Shown here piece by piece: positions 1 through 14,354 of a stretch of DNA of 64,000 nt (position 1 is the first letter of the stretch; each line of letters starts with the position of its first letter). The DNA comes from the human T2T-CHM13v2.0 reference genome, Homo sapiens. The DNA lies in the NCBI RefSeq assembly GCF_009914755.1, contig NC_060928.1; one strand, written 5' to 3'. The notes below the pieces were generated by a model. That model was not told the origin of the DNA. It searched no databases and was given only the letters and a program-made list of their open reading frames with translations. The translations under genes and the position numbers were made by a program.

Positions 1-320
1 CTAGGAAGTCAAATTGCATAAAATGCTATGTTTTATAGGCCCTGGAGAATGATTGATAATATTTGCTATGAAAATGGTTGAGGCTACAATTATTGAGGCT
101 ATCCAGGATGATATAAATCTTCCAGGCCTCAATGATATATTTCTTTTTATGTTGGAGCAGACGTGAATTATTTGCCAAGGAAATATCAGGCCCTGAACAC
201 TTTCTCCTGCTATCTTCATTCAAAGATGATGTCGCCACTTCTTAAGACAAAATTTCTTGTTTTGAAAACTAATTTTCTTATCAAATATCAGCAATCTGTA
301 GCTGATTTTTAAAGCATGTG

Positions 321-1390
321 TATCGGGGAATTGGCCCTGATATTCACGTAAGTTCTTTTCTATTTTCCTTAAGCGTTGGCCAGCTTGAGAAATAAAGGGA
401 CAGAGTACAAAAGAGAGAAATTTTAAAGCTGGGCATCCAGGGGAGACATCACATGTCAGTAGGTTCTGTGATGCCCCACAAGCCACAAAAACTAGCAAGT
501 TTTTATTAGGGATTTTCAAAAGGGGAGGGAGTGTGCAAATAGGTGTGGGTCACAGACATCAAGTACTTTACAAGGTAATAGAATATCACAAGGCAAGTGG
601 AGGCAGGGTGAGATCACAGGACCACAGGACGGATGCAAAATTAAAATTGCTAATGAAGTTTCGGGCACCATTGTCATTGATAACATCTTATCAGGAGACA
701 GGGTTTTTGAGATCAACTGGTCTGACCAAAATTTATTAGGCGGGAATTTCCTCTTCCTAATAAGCCTGGGAGCCCTGTGGGAGACTGAGGTCTATTTCAC
801 CCCTGCAGTCTCTACCATAAGAGACGGCTATGCCCAGGGGGGCCATTCATAGGCCTACCCCCAGGCGCGCATTCTCTTTCTCAGAGATGTTTCTTGCTGA
901 GAAAACGAATTCCGCGATATTTCTCCCATTTGCTTTTGAAAGAAGAGAAATATGGCTCTGTTCCACCCAGATCACCGGTGGTCAGAGTTTAAGGTTATCT
1001 CTCTTATTCCCTGAACAATTGCTGTTATCCTGTTCTTTTTTCAAGGTGCCCAGACTTCATATTACTCAAACACACATGCTGTACAATTTGTGCAGTTAAT
1101 GCAATTATTACAGGGTCCTGAGGTGACATGCATCCTCCTCAGCTGACAGGATTAAGAGATTAAAGTAAAGACAGGCATAGGAAATCACAAGGGTATTGAT
1201 TGGGGAAGTGATAAGTGTCCATGAAATCTTTACAATTTATGTTTAGAGATTGCAGTAAAGACAGGCATAAGAAATTATAAAAGGATTAATTTGGGGAACT
1301 AATAAATGTCCATGAAATCTTCACAATCCATGTTCTTCTGCCATGGCTTCAGCCAGTCCCTCTGTTTGGGGTCCCTGACTTCCTGCAACA
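321..1390 (-). mobile_element. MER11 (MER11C-like) solo LTR of HERV-K(HML-8)
   Basis: Minus strand starts TGTTGCAGGAAGTCAGGGACCCC and ends TTCCCCGATA, as in the MER11 consensus; 1070 bp; perfect 6-bp TSD CATGTG at 315-320 and 1391-1396; internal ~90-bp tandem repeat at ~1160-1327. Confidence 0.93.
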
Positions 1391-1754
1391 CATGTGGGCC
1401 TACCTTTAATCAACAAAATGACTATCAAGTCTTATAACATGATACTTTTTTTCCTCAATTTTAAGAAAAATAAAAATGAACAAACAAAAACTATGATTGC
1501 CATTAATGGTATTACTCTTAGAGGATGTGCTGAATCATATATCACCCTTGATGTTGAGAGCATTATTCTTGTAGCAAGCCAGACTGGGAACTGCATTTGG
1601 ACTTCCATGTTTTACATCTTGAACAGTTGCTTTTATTGGAATTTTCTATGGCATCATATATTCAACTTGGATTGAGGAAGGCTGTAGAACCTATTATATT
1701 AAATTTGCCTTGATAATCATTATATGGATTTGTAAAGCATACTGCCTTCTACAT

Positions 1755-2106
1755 CAGTAGTCCCCACCCTTTTTGGTATCAGGGACTGGTTGACAGGAAG
1801 ATAATTTTTCCACAGATCTGGGGGAAGGGATGGGATGGTTTTGGGATGAAACTGTTCCACCTCAGATTATCAGGCATTAGGTAGATTCTCATAAGGAATG
1901 TACAACCCAGATGATACCTTGCAAGCGCAGCTCACAATAGGGTTCAGGTTTCTGAGAGAATCTAACACCGCCGCTGATCTGACAGGAGGTGGAGCTCAGG
2001 CAGTAATGCCAGTGGCTCACCTCTTGCTCACTCCCTGTTGTGTGGCCTGGTTCCTATTAGGCCACAGACTGGTACCAGTCTGCAGCCCAGTGGTTGGGGA
2101 CCCCTG
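1755..2106. mobile_element. MER1B-like hAT-Charlie MITE
   Basis: Terminal inverted repeats CAGTAGTCCCCACC...GGTTGGGGACCCCTG; body matches MER1B (GGGATGAAACTGTTCCACCTCAGAT, CTGATCTGACAGGAGGTGGAGCTCAGG). Confidence 0.88.
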
Positions 2107-2593
2107 CCCTATAGCACAGTGTTCCCTTAAGGAGACATCAAGGAAAATCCTCTAGAATTTTAGTTTTGGAAAATCAGAAAAATTATGTCATTTTTATGAT
2201 TACTTTGAATATTAAAATTGATTATATTTCTCTCTTTAGTTTCTGACAATCTTAGAGCTCAATTTTTACCTAGAACTAACAATATTTTCAGAGTTTTTTT
2301 GTTATATTTTCTGGGCACTAACTTTAACCATATTTCTCTTCAAATTAGTAATTGCATTTATTTATCATAGGATTCATTCTTACCAATAGCATTCTCTTAT
2401 TTAAAGTAGCCAGTAAGATGCCAATAATTGAACATTAACCTAGAATTAGCAATTGCTAAAATTTATATATTTTTTTCTTGCTAACATTCAAATATTTTTT
2501 CTTTCAAAATGATCACTTTTTAACTTTTTAGTGTATATTTTTGTCAACTGCCATTTTTTAAAAATTAGGAAGTGAATACAAACTAAGATTCCT

Positions 2594-2880
2594 CATTTAT
2601 TCACTGAACAAAAATATGATGACACTTACTTTTTTCCAGGCACTGTGCTGAGTGTTGGGTTACAAAAGTGAGTAAGACACATTCATTGTCTCTGAGGAGT
2701 TCACAGTACAAATGAGTAGACAGACAAGTAAATGAATATTATCAATAACATATAGTAAACTAGACTACAGCAGAGTCAAGGACTGGGTACTAATGAATGA
2801 TGGAGAGACATTTAATGCACTCCACCCCCAGCAGATTGGGTGGAGAAGGAATTTTCTGGAGATGGCAGTGTAGCTGAGTC
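2594..2880 (-). mobile_element. L2 LINE 3' fragment
   Basis: Degenerate L2 3'-end pattern (CATTTATTCACT...CCAGGCACTGTGCTGAGTGTTGGG...TCTGAGGAGTTCACAGT); limits approximate. Confidence 0.6.
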
Positions 2881-2936
2881 TTCTAACCAGCATTTACATG
2901 ATTTGGGTATGTTCTGCTCTTTTTTCAGGACACTTA

Positions 2937-3622
2937 TGTAACTGCCCAATGGGTTCTCCTTGCTCTCTGCATAGACAGAGGCAATTTATCAAGACAGGGG
3001 AATTGCAATAGAGAAAGAGTTTAATTCACACAGAGCCGACTGTATGGGAGACCAGAGTTTTATTAGTACTCAAATCAGTCTCCCCGAGAATACAGGGATC
3101 AGAGTTTTTAAGGATAATTTGGTGGGTAGGGGGCCAGTGAGTTGGGAGTACTGATTGGCTGCCTCAGAGATAAAATCATAAGGAGCTGAAGCTGAGTCAG
3201 TTCCTGGGTGGGGGCCACAAGACAGATGAGCCAGTTTATTGATCTGGGTGGTGCCAGCTGATTCCTTGAATACAGATCTGCAAAATATCTCAAGCACTTA
3301 CACAACAGGGATGTTTTTTCCCAGGAGCAATTTGGAGAGTTTCAGACTCTTGCAGCCAGAGGGTGCTTGGCTCCTAAACTGTAATTTCTAAACTTGTGGC
3401 TAATTTATTAGTCCTGTAAAGGCAGTCTAGTCCCCAGAAAGGAAGGGGGTTTGTTCTGGGAAAGGGCTGTTACCGTCTTTGTTTCAAAGTTAAACTATAA
3501 ACTAAGTTCCTCCCAAAGTTAGTTCAGCTTATGCCCTGGAACGGACAAAATAGAATTCGTTAGGTCAGATATCTTTCACTGTAGTAATTTCCTCAGTTAT
3601 GATTTTTGCCAAGGTAGTTTCA
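2937..3622 (-). mobile_element. LTR8-family (ERV1) solo LTR
   Basis: Minus strand TGAAAC...GTTACA termini; CAGCTGGCACCACCCAGATCAATAAACTGGCTCATCTG matches LTR8; 4-bp TSD CTTA at 2933-2936 and 3623-3626. Confidence 0.9.
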
Positions 3623-3720
3623 CTTACTTATGTTAAAATTAATCGTAATTTAACTCTTATGAATTCTAATTGTTCTTCACCCTAACTACCCCGGGTACAG
3701 TTATATAGAAAAGACAAATC

Positions 3721-4072
<352 letters not shown>

Positions 4073-4167
4073 TCAAGCATTTTTTCCCCATAATTTTATG
4101 TAACAATGGAAAATAGAAGATCACAGAAATTATTTACAATTTTGCTTCTAATTAATTATCCAGTGTA

Positions 4168-4540
<373 letters not shown>

Positions 4541-5760
4541 TCAATCTATCAATTGCCAGCTAACTCACATTTAATACTTTCAGTTTATTCTTAAGCCAAC
4601 ATCTTTTGGGCAAAAGTTTGTTTGAGAAGCATTAGCTCACATTTGTTTATAATTGCTTTTTAGGATTAAAAAATAAACAACTTGATTTTTACAGATGCAG
4701 GCAGAATCCTCAAAAACGTGAGTCTGAAGAATTTTGATTTGACTTAATAGCCTGAGGGAAACATATAGGAATACCTTCTTTTATATGCATACAAAGGTCA
4801 TTTCTTTCATTACTCAAATATTATAGTGTTTTTGCATTGTGTAATTGTAGCCTAGAGGGAAAATAATGAATAATTTATCAACACATGTACAACTTTATCT
4901 CTAAAATGTCTTTGTTATAATCATTCATTTTATTAATATTAAAATATCTATAAAGTAAATACTATTATAAAAGTATAACCACATTGAATTTTAATTCTGT
5001 ATTTCCATCTGTATAATTATTTTATAGTAAGAACAGCCATAAAGCCTCAATACAGTATCATATTTGTATAATGCTTAATTTTTCAGTTTGTTTTAAAATA
5101 TATAATTCTATTCTTCAGATCACAAAAACAGAGTAGCTTGGAACAAAATATTAAGAATGTGATTTATCAAATTAACCAGCATTTAACTACTTTGGTGTAG
5201 CTTGCATACAAGCTATGCAATTTTGACATACTATGTTTCAAATGCATGTAACTTCTAATGATTGCATTTATATAATTTTCCCAGTTTAAACTAAATGACA
5301 GGTTGCATACCAATTCTTCTTGGCAGAACATTTTATTTAACTTACTTTTTTGTATAATTTGCCTTTTTTTCTTTTGCAGTTTCTTATTGCTTCTACTTAC
5401 AGTAATTGCCATTCTTCATTCTCTCACAGAAAATTTCCTGGACTTCCTATTACTTAAAATATAATTTTATAAGCAACAGTTATCAAAAGAGAAAAGCTCA
5501 GGTTTTAGCTCTGGTCATAAAACTTCCACCTGTTGGTTTTCTGCCACAATTGATTGTGTTTGTCATAATAAATTTGGTATTGCCACTGAATAAATGGTCA
5601 TGAGAAGAATGAAATACCAGGTAAGTAGGATATGTTACAGGAAGCACATAATTTAAATCAACAGACATTTATTCAGCCCTTGCTGATGTCAAGATGTTTT
5701 GAGTACTGGATCCAAATGTAAGAATTGCCATCTCTCAATTCAGGTGAGATTTCCTCATGA

Positions 5761-5911
5761 CAGTGCTTCTCAAAGTTTGGTCTGGGACCTGTAGCATCAA
5801 CATTACTTGAGAAGTAGTTATATATGCAAAATCATGGAGTTAGGTTGGTAATCTGTGTTTCAACTGTCCCTCCAGGTGATTCTAATGCAGGCTACAGCTT
5901 AAGAACCACTG
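5761..5911. mobile_element. MER5A-type hAT-Charlie MITE
   Basis: Termini CAGTGCTTCTCAAA...TTAAGAACCACTG and internal CCCTCCAGGTGATTCTAATGCA. Confidence 0.75.
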
Positions 5912-6019
5912 CTTAATGATATGCCCATTTAAACCATTTTCCTTTCATATAATGTGCTTATAATAAGTAAAATTATACATGTCTACTGACACACTGGGCT
6001 TCTTCATTACCTTTCTCCG

Positions 6020-6131
6020 ATTAGATTGCCATTTCCATTGAACCAGGGATCTCCTCTTCTTGCTCATTGCTTATTTCCAGGTTTCTGCACAGTGTATGTC
6101 ACCTGCTACTCAATGTTATTTTTGGTGAATG
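6020..6131 (+). mobile_element. L2 3'-end fragment
   Basis: Degenerate CAGGGATC...GCACAGTG...CTCAAT...TGAATG pattern. Confidence 0.45.
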
Positions 6132-7070
6132 TCACCATGCTTTGAAACTTGACTCTAAAAGGTCAGAGCTTACACATATACACAAATAACTTGTGCAAAG
6201 TTTATACTAAATACTAAAATCAAATGTGAGGGAGAAATAGGTTTGATCTTCCAGCTTGTGCTTAGACATTTCTTAACAGTATTTGCCACATAATCTATTG
6301 AAAATCAATAGTAATGGTGCAATATTTATTACAAAGGCATTTTCTTAAATGTTTGCCATAATTAGGTCAATATTTATAGAGTACAGTTTCACTGTATATT
6401 ATATATAGATATGTATTTTTACTTCTATAATTAACATATATAAAAATGTTTATATGCATATAATAGAATTTCAAAATCCTTTCACATCCATTTCACATCC
6501 ATTTCATCCCATTTACAATATTTATAAAATATGAGTAGATAGTTAGTCAAAAAATAAGAAAGTTACCAACACGATAAGTGTGTTGTATGAAAATAATGTA
6601 CTTTTAAAGTCTGTACCTTGCCTGAATTATAATGCTAACGCATGTGCTTTACTCTTTAACATAGTTAAAAAGTCCATGTTGCTAACTTTGCAGAGACATT
6701 CTCCCTTGGTCTCTGGTCTGCTCTTTTTTTCTTTAGTTTGGTCTTTGATGACAGCATGCATAGAAGGCCTTTGGCAATTTCATGAATATATAAAACTAAG
6801 ATGAATCATTTTAATTCTGTATTTACAGATTATCCAAATCATACTCCAAAAGTATTCATAATGTGTTTCAGTTACTGTCATCTTTGCCTTTAAAGCACTT
6901 ACAGAAAAAAAAAATAATCAACACAAACTAAAGTGTAATTATTTATGACATGCAACATCAGGTCTACGCTTAACATTTGCAAGTTCAGGATGATAGCAGA
7001 AATGGTGGCTCATATTTCATATGTCTAACTATTTAAATATCACATAAAACTCAAAATAACAAAGAGCTAA

Positions 7071-7377
<307 letters not shown>

Positions 7378-9874
7378 AATACAGTCTAATCTTTTACTTT
7401 GAAAAAGCCACTTCTCATAATTACCTAGAAATAAAGAATTTAGTGCTTTAATGGGACTGCACAGTGTCCCATTGCTCATTCCTCCCTGGCTCAATCCCAC
7501 ACTGTGGGCTGAACACTGCAGCCTGGACTTCTAAATCTGTCTAGTTCCCACAGACAACCTCCCCCTGGCCAACACTTGGGGTTAGTAGTACCCACAACAA
7601 TGGGGTAATCTATCCTAAAGAGGACACTTGCAGGCCGTGAAAACAGACTTGGAGTGATTCAAGTAGGGAATTCCAGGGAACTGGAACCAGTACCATGGTC
7701 TGGAAGGTGATGCATGGGTTTTGGCTACATATATCCCAGTGGATCCAGGAACAGCTCACCCCATGCACAGAAATACTGCTGGAAAGAGACTAGACTGTGG
7801 CCTTCTGAAATACATGGCAAGGCAGGCAGGATTTCCATTTGCCTCAATTCAAGCATAGAACTGTGTGGCATGTATGTCAGTGCAAGCATTTGAAGGTAAT
7901 CCACTCAACTTATCTTCGTTCAATTCAGTGCACTTCCTCATGCTTTCACTCTTTTATGGAACAAATAGCTTTCATATTCTTCTCCAGAGCATTTTCCAAG
8001 GTGGATTTAGACCTGCCCTCTAATCACTTCTTATATCATTTTCGTTCATTTTTTGTTATTATAATGACATTATTATAAGAAAGAAGTTGTGTTGCCAGGG
8101 TAACAAGAGTGGAGAATGGGCATTGCTGCCTTTATAGAAAACTTAACTTTTCTTGAATAAACCTCCACTGTATATAACAGCCACTCAATTTTTTGTGAAT
8201 AGTTTACAATTTCTGCCTCTTTCACTCTCTGTTTGATTCCCTCACCCGCAAAGTGTATCTGCCCTGTTGATTTTCTCTTAAACTTACTCTTTTCTTACCT
8301 GCTACTGAACATGAGCACTTTTCCCTTTATTTATAGATTTCCTCATCTATCTAATACTATGCATTCAATGTTATGCCAAATATTAGCACTGGCAGCTCAT
8401 TGAGTCTTACTGAGTCAGAGAACCTTGTTCTTCTGGTAACTTTTCAAGTTTGCCTTGCCTTAGAGTATCTACAGCAACCTATGGGCTTAGATTATTTCTC
8501 TGTCATTATTACTGCCCTAGAGGACAGGACTGGGCTGCCCAAATGAGCAATAGGAGTAAAACCAATATTAATTCCTCTCAAAGTTATTTTCCACTTGCAC
8601 ATAACATTTTTCTGTGCCTTCTTCTCTAATTAATTTCTATTCAAAATAATTTCTTTGAAAGAAAGAGAAAATTTAGCCACCATAAACCAGTCACAAAAAG
8701 TGGGAGTGGAATCCCATCAGACTTACTAGTCTACATAGCAAATAAGCAGGCCAAAGATGAGGTTGTTTTGCATGCCTTTAGTGTTATTTTCATATCAAGA
8801 ATTTGTTTCTATTGTTATTCATTTTATCTTTTAGTTGATGCTCTGGATAATAATGTTTATTGTGAATCAAAAAAAACCCCACCCTTAGGCATTTTCTTAG
8901 CTCATTTTCCCTTGGGATTTAGTCTTCACTAGGAAATAAATTCTCATCCTCTATCAGGCTGTGTTCTCTAAAAGTCCTCAGTAATATTGCATAAGCACAA
9001 TTTTCATGGACCTGCAGTGACTAAATTGCAAACAGGTGTCTTTTTCTAATCAGCCTTATACCCTGCTGCTTTCCAAAAACGATTGTGGTTATTTCCCTCT
9101 CATTCTAGGGGGAAACAATTTCAAACCTTTCGACTAGTAATTTTTCTTTGATGCTGCAACTTTGCTTGTTTTGTCACCGAACAAAAATGAAACAGGTGCT
9201 GAATATAGAATCAGAATTGCTTAAAGAGACATTTACAAATAGGTGATGATGTTAGTGCAAAGCAGAAAACACAGAAGTACAACAAAATACTGGAAAAGAG
9301 GAAGAAGTTGAACATGTGAACAGTGAAGTAAGCAAACACATACCTGGGAAATAAAGAAAGCAAAAATAGTGGTGCAATGAATGTAGTGAATAAACACAAG
9401 TAGTAGATGCAATCAGAATCACATTTATGTCTTATCTTCCTGCACATTTAACTTTGTTAGCGGGGCACATTTTTCACCTGTAGCTGGGATAAAAATTTAG
9501 GCAGCCCATAGCTTTTTCTGCTTCCTCTTAGCTAATTCAAGCTGCTATCACCTTAAGTCACAAATCAGTCTTATTTCGGTGCAATGGATGCCCACACCTG
9601 TATATTAAAAATCAAAGTATCCAATTTCAGGCAAAATGACAGGTACGCCTTTTTCTCCAGTCAGGCTCTGTTGTAGGTGGAAAGCCTAGATTCCTGTGGT
9701 TACGGATTATGCCAATCAAACTGTTTTCTGGGCTTGGCTAAAGGAGAAAGCTGACTGCCTGAGCGCAGGGCACTCTTATGGTTTCTTTGGGGATTCCCTT
9801 TAATCCTTCTACCCATAGTTGAGGGTCTCTTAATTTTTAGTGATGTACCCTCTTCCTCTTATAACTTATATGGG

Positions 9875-10910
9875 CCTGAGTTTGATCAGAGAAGCAAAAC
9901 TGCTAAGGGAGATACAGAATAAGGATTCATCATAGGCATCTCACAATTAGAGGAGCTAGTAGAGCAGTCAGTTACTCTGCATCTGATGAGGAACCTGTAG
10001 ATACTGTAGGTCAGCCAGACCGGCAGTCTAAAAGGAAACCTGGATACAGATGGAAGCAGAGACAAACTGGATTAGCATGGACAAAGTGGGACCTTCAGGA
10101 CAAACTATGCCTGATATAGTCTGTACATGTGTCCCCACAGAAATCTCATGTTGAAATGTAATCCCCAGTGTTGGAGATGGGGCCTGTGGGAGGTGATTGC
10201 ATCATGGGGGTGGCTTCTTTTGAATGGTTTAATACCATGCTCTTGGTGTTGTCCTCACCGTAGTGAGTGAGCTCTAGTGAAATTTGGTTGTTTAAAAGTG
10301 TATGGCACCTCCTGCCTCTCTCTCTCTTGCTCCTGCTTTCACCATGTAATATGCCTGCTCCCTTTTTGCCTTCTGCCATGATTAGAAGCTTCCTGAGGCC
10401 TCCCCAGAAGCAGATGCCACTGTGCTTCCTGTACAGCCTGTAGAACTGTGAGTCAATAAAACTCCTTTTCTTACAAATTACCCAGTCTCAGGTATTTCTC
10501 TATAGCAGTGTGAGAATGGCCTAATAAAATGACCCATGTCAGAGTCTCATTGCCTCCAACTTTGTTGCTGTTCACACCTGCAGTTGAAAAAATGGCACTC
10601 GGCTCATGAGCTGCACACATACACTTGACCAAGAACTTGGAGTAGCTAAAGAATATCTGAAGGGATGTGGCAGAGTTATGGGTTCAGATTTGGCATCATG
10701 CTAACTAGGTGAGCCAGAAAACCCGCAACTATGGCTGTAAAATGTCTGATCTCTTTACTGACCTTCAGAGTTCAATGGTTAAGCTTTACTTTTCCCTTCC
10801 CGATGCCTTTCAGATTTCTCCTGTGGCCAACATAGCCTAATACTATACAGAGAAGGGAATTCTAGGAAACATACATCCAGTTTTACTAAGGTGATACAGT
10901 GGAGGGCCAC
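9875..10910 (-). mobile_element. Ancient ERVL-type LTR (LTR41-like), split by the MSTA insertion
   Basis: TACAGAGAAGGGAATTCTAGGAAAC near 10846-10870 and the flanking sequence resemble LTR41-class LTRs; limits and family uncertain. Confidence 0.4.
10112..10528 (+). mobile_element. MSTA (MaLR) solo LTR
   Basis: TGATATAGT...GAAATGTAATCCCCAGTGTTGGAG...TCCCCAGAAGCAGATGCC...CTAATA; 5-bp TSD ATGCC/ATGAC. Confidence 0.9.
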
Positions 10911-12493
10911 CACATAGCTCAAAATTTATTTCTTCTGATGCAAATAGAAATCCCAGGAAAACTTCACCTTGTCTCTGAAGAGGCTTATTCAGATTCCAAA
11001 TGGCAAACTTACTGGACAAAATCTTAGAGTCTCATGCTCTCTCTCTCTCTCCCCATTTTACTCCCTCTTTCTTCTTTCCTCATCCTTTTTCCCTTTATTT
11101 TCTCCCTCTCCGTTCCACTCTTACGCCCTGTGAGCACAACTCAAGTTATGGGAAAAACCCACATGTCCAACAAACTCTGGAAGGACTTGCCAAGCAACGT
11201 GGTCCCCTCTACTTTACTTCTGCCATCAGCCCTGGGTCATTGCATTCACCCTGCTTCAGAGAATAGATCCCAAACTCTGAAAGATCTCATTGAAGTCTTC
11301 CTCTTTAGACTGAGGGAAAGGGCGGGCAACTCTATTCCTGAGATTAGGGGTGGAGACTCATAGCATAGCCCAGCTCTCTCTAGACAAACCATATTTTCCC
11401 AAATTCTTATCCCTAAATACCCTCAAAGGGGGTGAGAGCTTTCAGAATCATGTAACCAATTTGTAACATTTCCTATGTAAATTTATATCCTTTTCTAGCA
11501 CTGAGTTTTGAACTAGCCAGTCTTCTATACCTCAGCGCCTCAGTGATGGCATCCAATTGAACTTCCTTTTTATAGAAAAAAATCTACGTATGAATTATGT
11601 GTGTGTGTGTGTACCTAAAGGAACAACCAACAGCACACAGCTCAGGTTTATATTTTCTTATGCTAGAACTGAAGTTCTACTTATGTAACTTCAGAGACAA
11701 TGTAGTATAATGGCTTATAGGCAACCTTAACTTTCCAGTAAGTGTATTGAGTCTACCAACCATTATTTATGTTTCAATCCTACAAGAGGTATGTTAATGA
11801 TAATATTTTAACACTAATATTAGCTATCAATCCTCTCAGGACTCAAAACTATTGCGTGTATCCAGATTTCTGCGTTTTTCAATTTTTAAAGCAAATTTTT
11901 TTAGCAGCTCTGAAGTCTGCATCCTCTTTCATCAGTAGCATCATCATGCAGTTGTTCAATAAAACCAATAGCAAACACAATGTTGGCTTTAGAATCATAA
12001 AAAGAGCCTGCTGTCTCATCAGTATTGATGATTTGATAATTAAAATGAAACCTAGTTCTAAGCACATTCATTTTTGCCCCTGTGGAGAGAGCTGTGCTTT
12101 TTAACTCTTCAAACAATGTCTGTTTGTGTAACTGGTAACTATAAACAAGCCTGAAAAAATTAGCCATCAGAAGAGACATCAGACATACAGGGTGAAATAC
12201 ATGAAGCAATATAGTGAGGAGGCATCTAAACAGAGATCATTCAGAAGAAATGGGAGCAAAATAAAATATATTGGACTGTACTTTGTAATTTATTTTAATG
12301 TGTTATTACAGAATAAAAAATCAAAGTACAAGAGAATGCTTGTAAAACATAGAAAAGAAAAAATAAACATGATGCAATAACCCATTTTTCTAAACTCCAG
12401 GGAGAAGTCTCAACAAGAGTTAAATAACACTTGGCAATTTCCTTTTTCTTTTTAATAGAGAAGAAAAGGTCATGGGAATAAGCAGACAAGTAA

Positions 12494-12884
<391 letters not shown>

Positions 12885-13189
12885 TCATTAACACTTTTTG
12901 CTTTAATGTATAGTTTTGGAATCTACTTAGGAAATTTTTAAATAATTCTGTTATTTTTTATGGCATGCTAAAATTGAATTTATTTATTATGATATTATTA
13001 ACAATTGGCATGGAAAATTTATTTTAATACAATGGGCAATACTACTTATTAAATGTGAACAAATGGTAAACAAGGTATTTAATTACAGGATGCCTGGGTT
13101 TAAATTGCAGTTGGTCATATATTTCTATCTTAGGCTTTCAATGTTAGGCCAGTGACTTAGATGAGTATTTTAATATAGAAGAGTGAGTT

Positions 13190-13960
13190 CAAGTCAATAA
13201 ATCTAAGACAAAGTCCAATAAAAAATCTGAATAATAATGAAAATATAAAAAGATGACCCATCTCATTATAGTAGTTTATAATCAGGGAAATGCAAATTAA
13301 AGTAAGACAATACTTCACGTACATCAAATTGAAAAAATTAAAAGGCTGACAATACCAAATGAGACTGTGCAAATCAGGTAACACATGTGTTACTGGTGAA
13401 TGTCTAAACTGACAAAACTATGCAATATCCCGTACTACATAGCAATTCCACTGCTAGGTTTATCCTAAAGAGCTCTCAGGCATGTGCTCAAATAAAGAAA
13501 TATATGAGTATTGATTGCAGTACTGTTTGTAATTATGAATACTTGGAAACAGTTTATATATCCATTGATAAGACAAAGGATAAATACACAGAGTGATATT
13601 AAGTCAATGTACTGTACTGGAGTTAAAATTAATCAGTTACAGCTACAGGTGAAAATAGTTTCATATATACAAAATTAAAACACCATCAAAATTATGTTAT
13701 ATATTATACATGAATGCACAAGTATTAACACATCCATCAAAATAATGTTAGCAAATTTATGAAAACTTATCTCTAAGGGAAGAGGTAAGGAATGTAGTTA
13801 GGGATCCAGAGGTAGTTTTACTTATGTATTTAGTTTTTACTTGGTTAAAAATACATGACACACATAATATATATAAATATAGTTTGACAGTTGTCATACA
13901 GATTTTCATTATCTTAAATTCTCCCTAGTTCTGTATGTTTACAATATTTTATACCAAAAG
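13190..13960 (+). mobile_element. Old L1M (L1ME-like) 3' fragment
   Basis: Degenerate ORF2 C-terminal and 3' UTR motifs (ATCAGGGAAATGCAAATTAAA, AGCAATTCCACTGCTAGG). Confidence 0.65.
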
Positions 13961-14354
13961 TCAATTTAAAACATAATGTATATACATTATAACATTAAAG
14001 AGAAGTAAATGTACCTTAATAATTAGATTACTGGAATTTGTGCATTTCACTTAAAGTATCTGTATAGTTATGTGTTTATGTGTGTGTGTTTATGAAAGTA
14101 TGTATTTTATTTTTTAACTGACAAAAGAAGCTAGAGGGCTTCAACATGCTCTGTGCTTGTGTTTCTCTGCAAATAGTACATTGTTTTGGTGGATAGCTTT
14201 TATCACAAATAAATAAAATTCTACATTCAGTTGAATATTATCATCACCTTATTGTCTCTTTTAAAAGTTTTTCAAGTATATCCACATTTATCTGGACTGT
14301 ATAAAAATTTTAATCTGATTAATGCAACTTATGAGACCTACTTGCAGAAGTATC

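Noticed and set aside
1160-1327. ~90-bp tandem repeat in the first LTR
   Set aside because: A normal internal feature of MER11 subfamilies.
11769-12209. Overlapping 100-aa ORFs in apparently unique sequence
   Set aside because: No recognisable domain or convincing splice structure; expected by chance.
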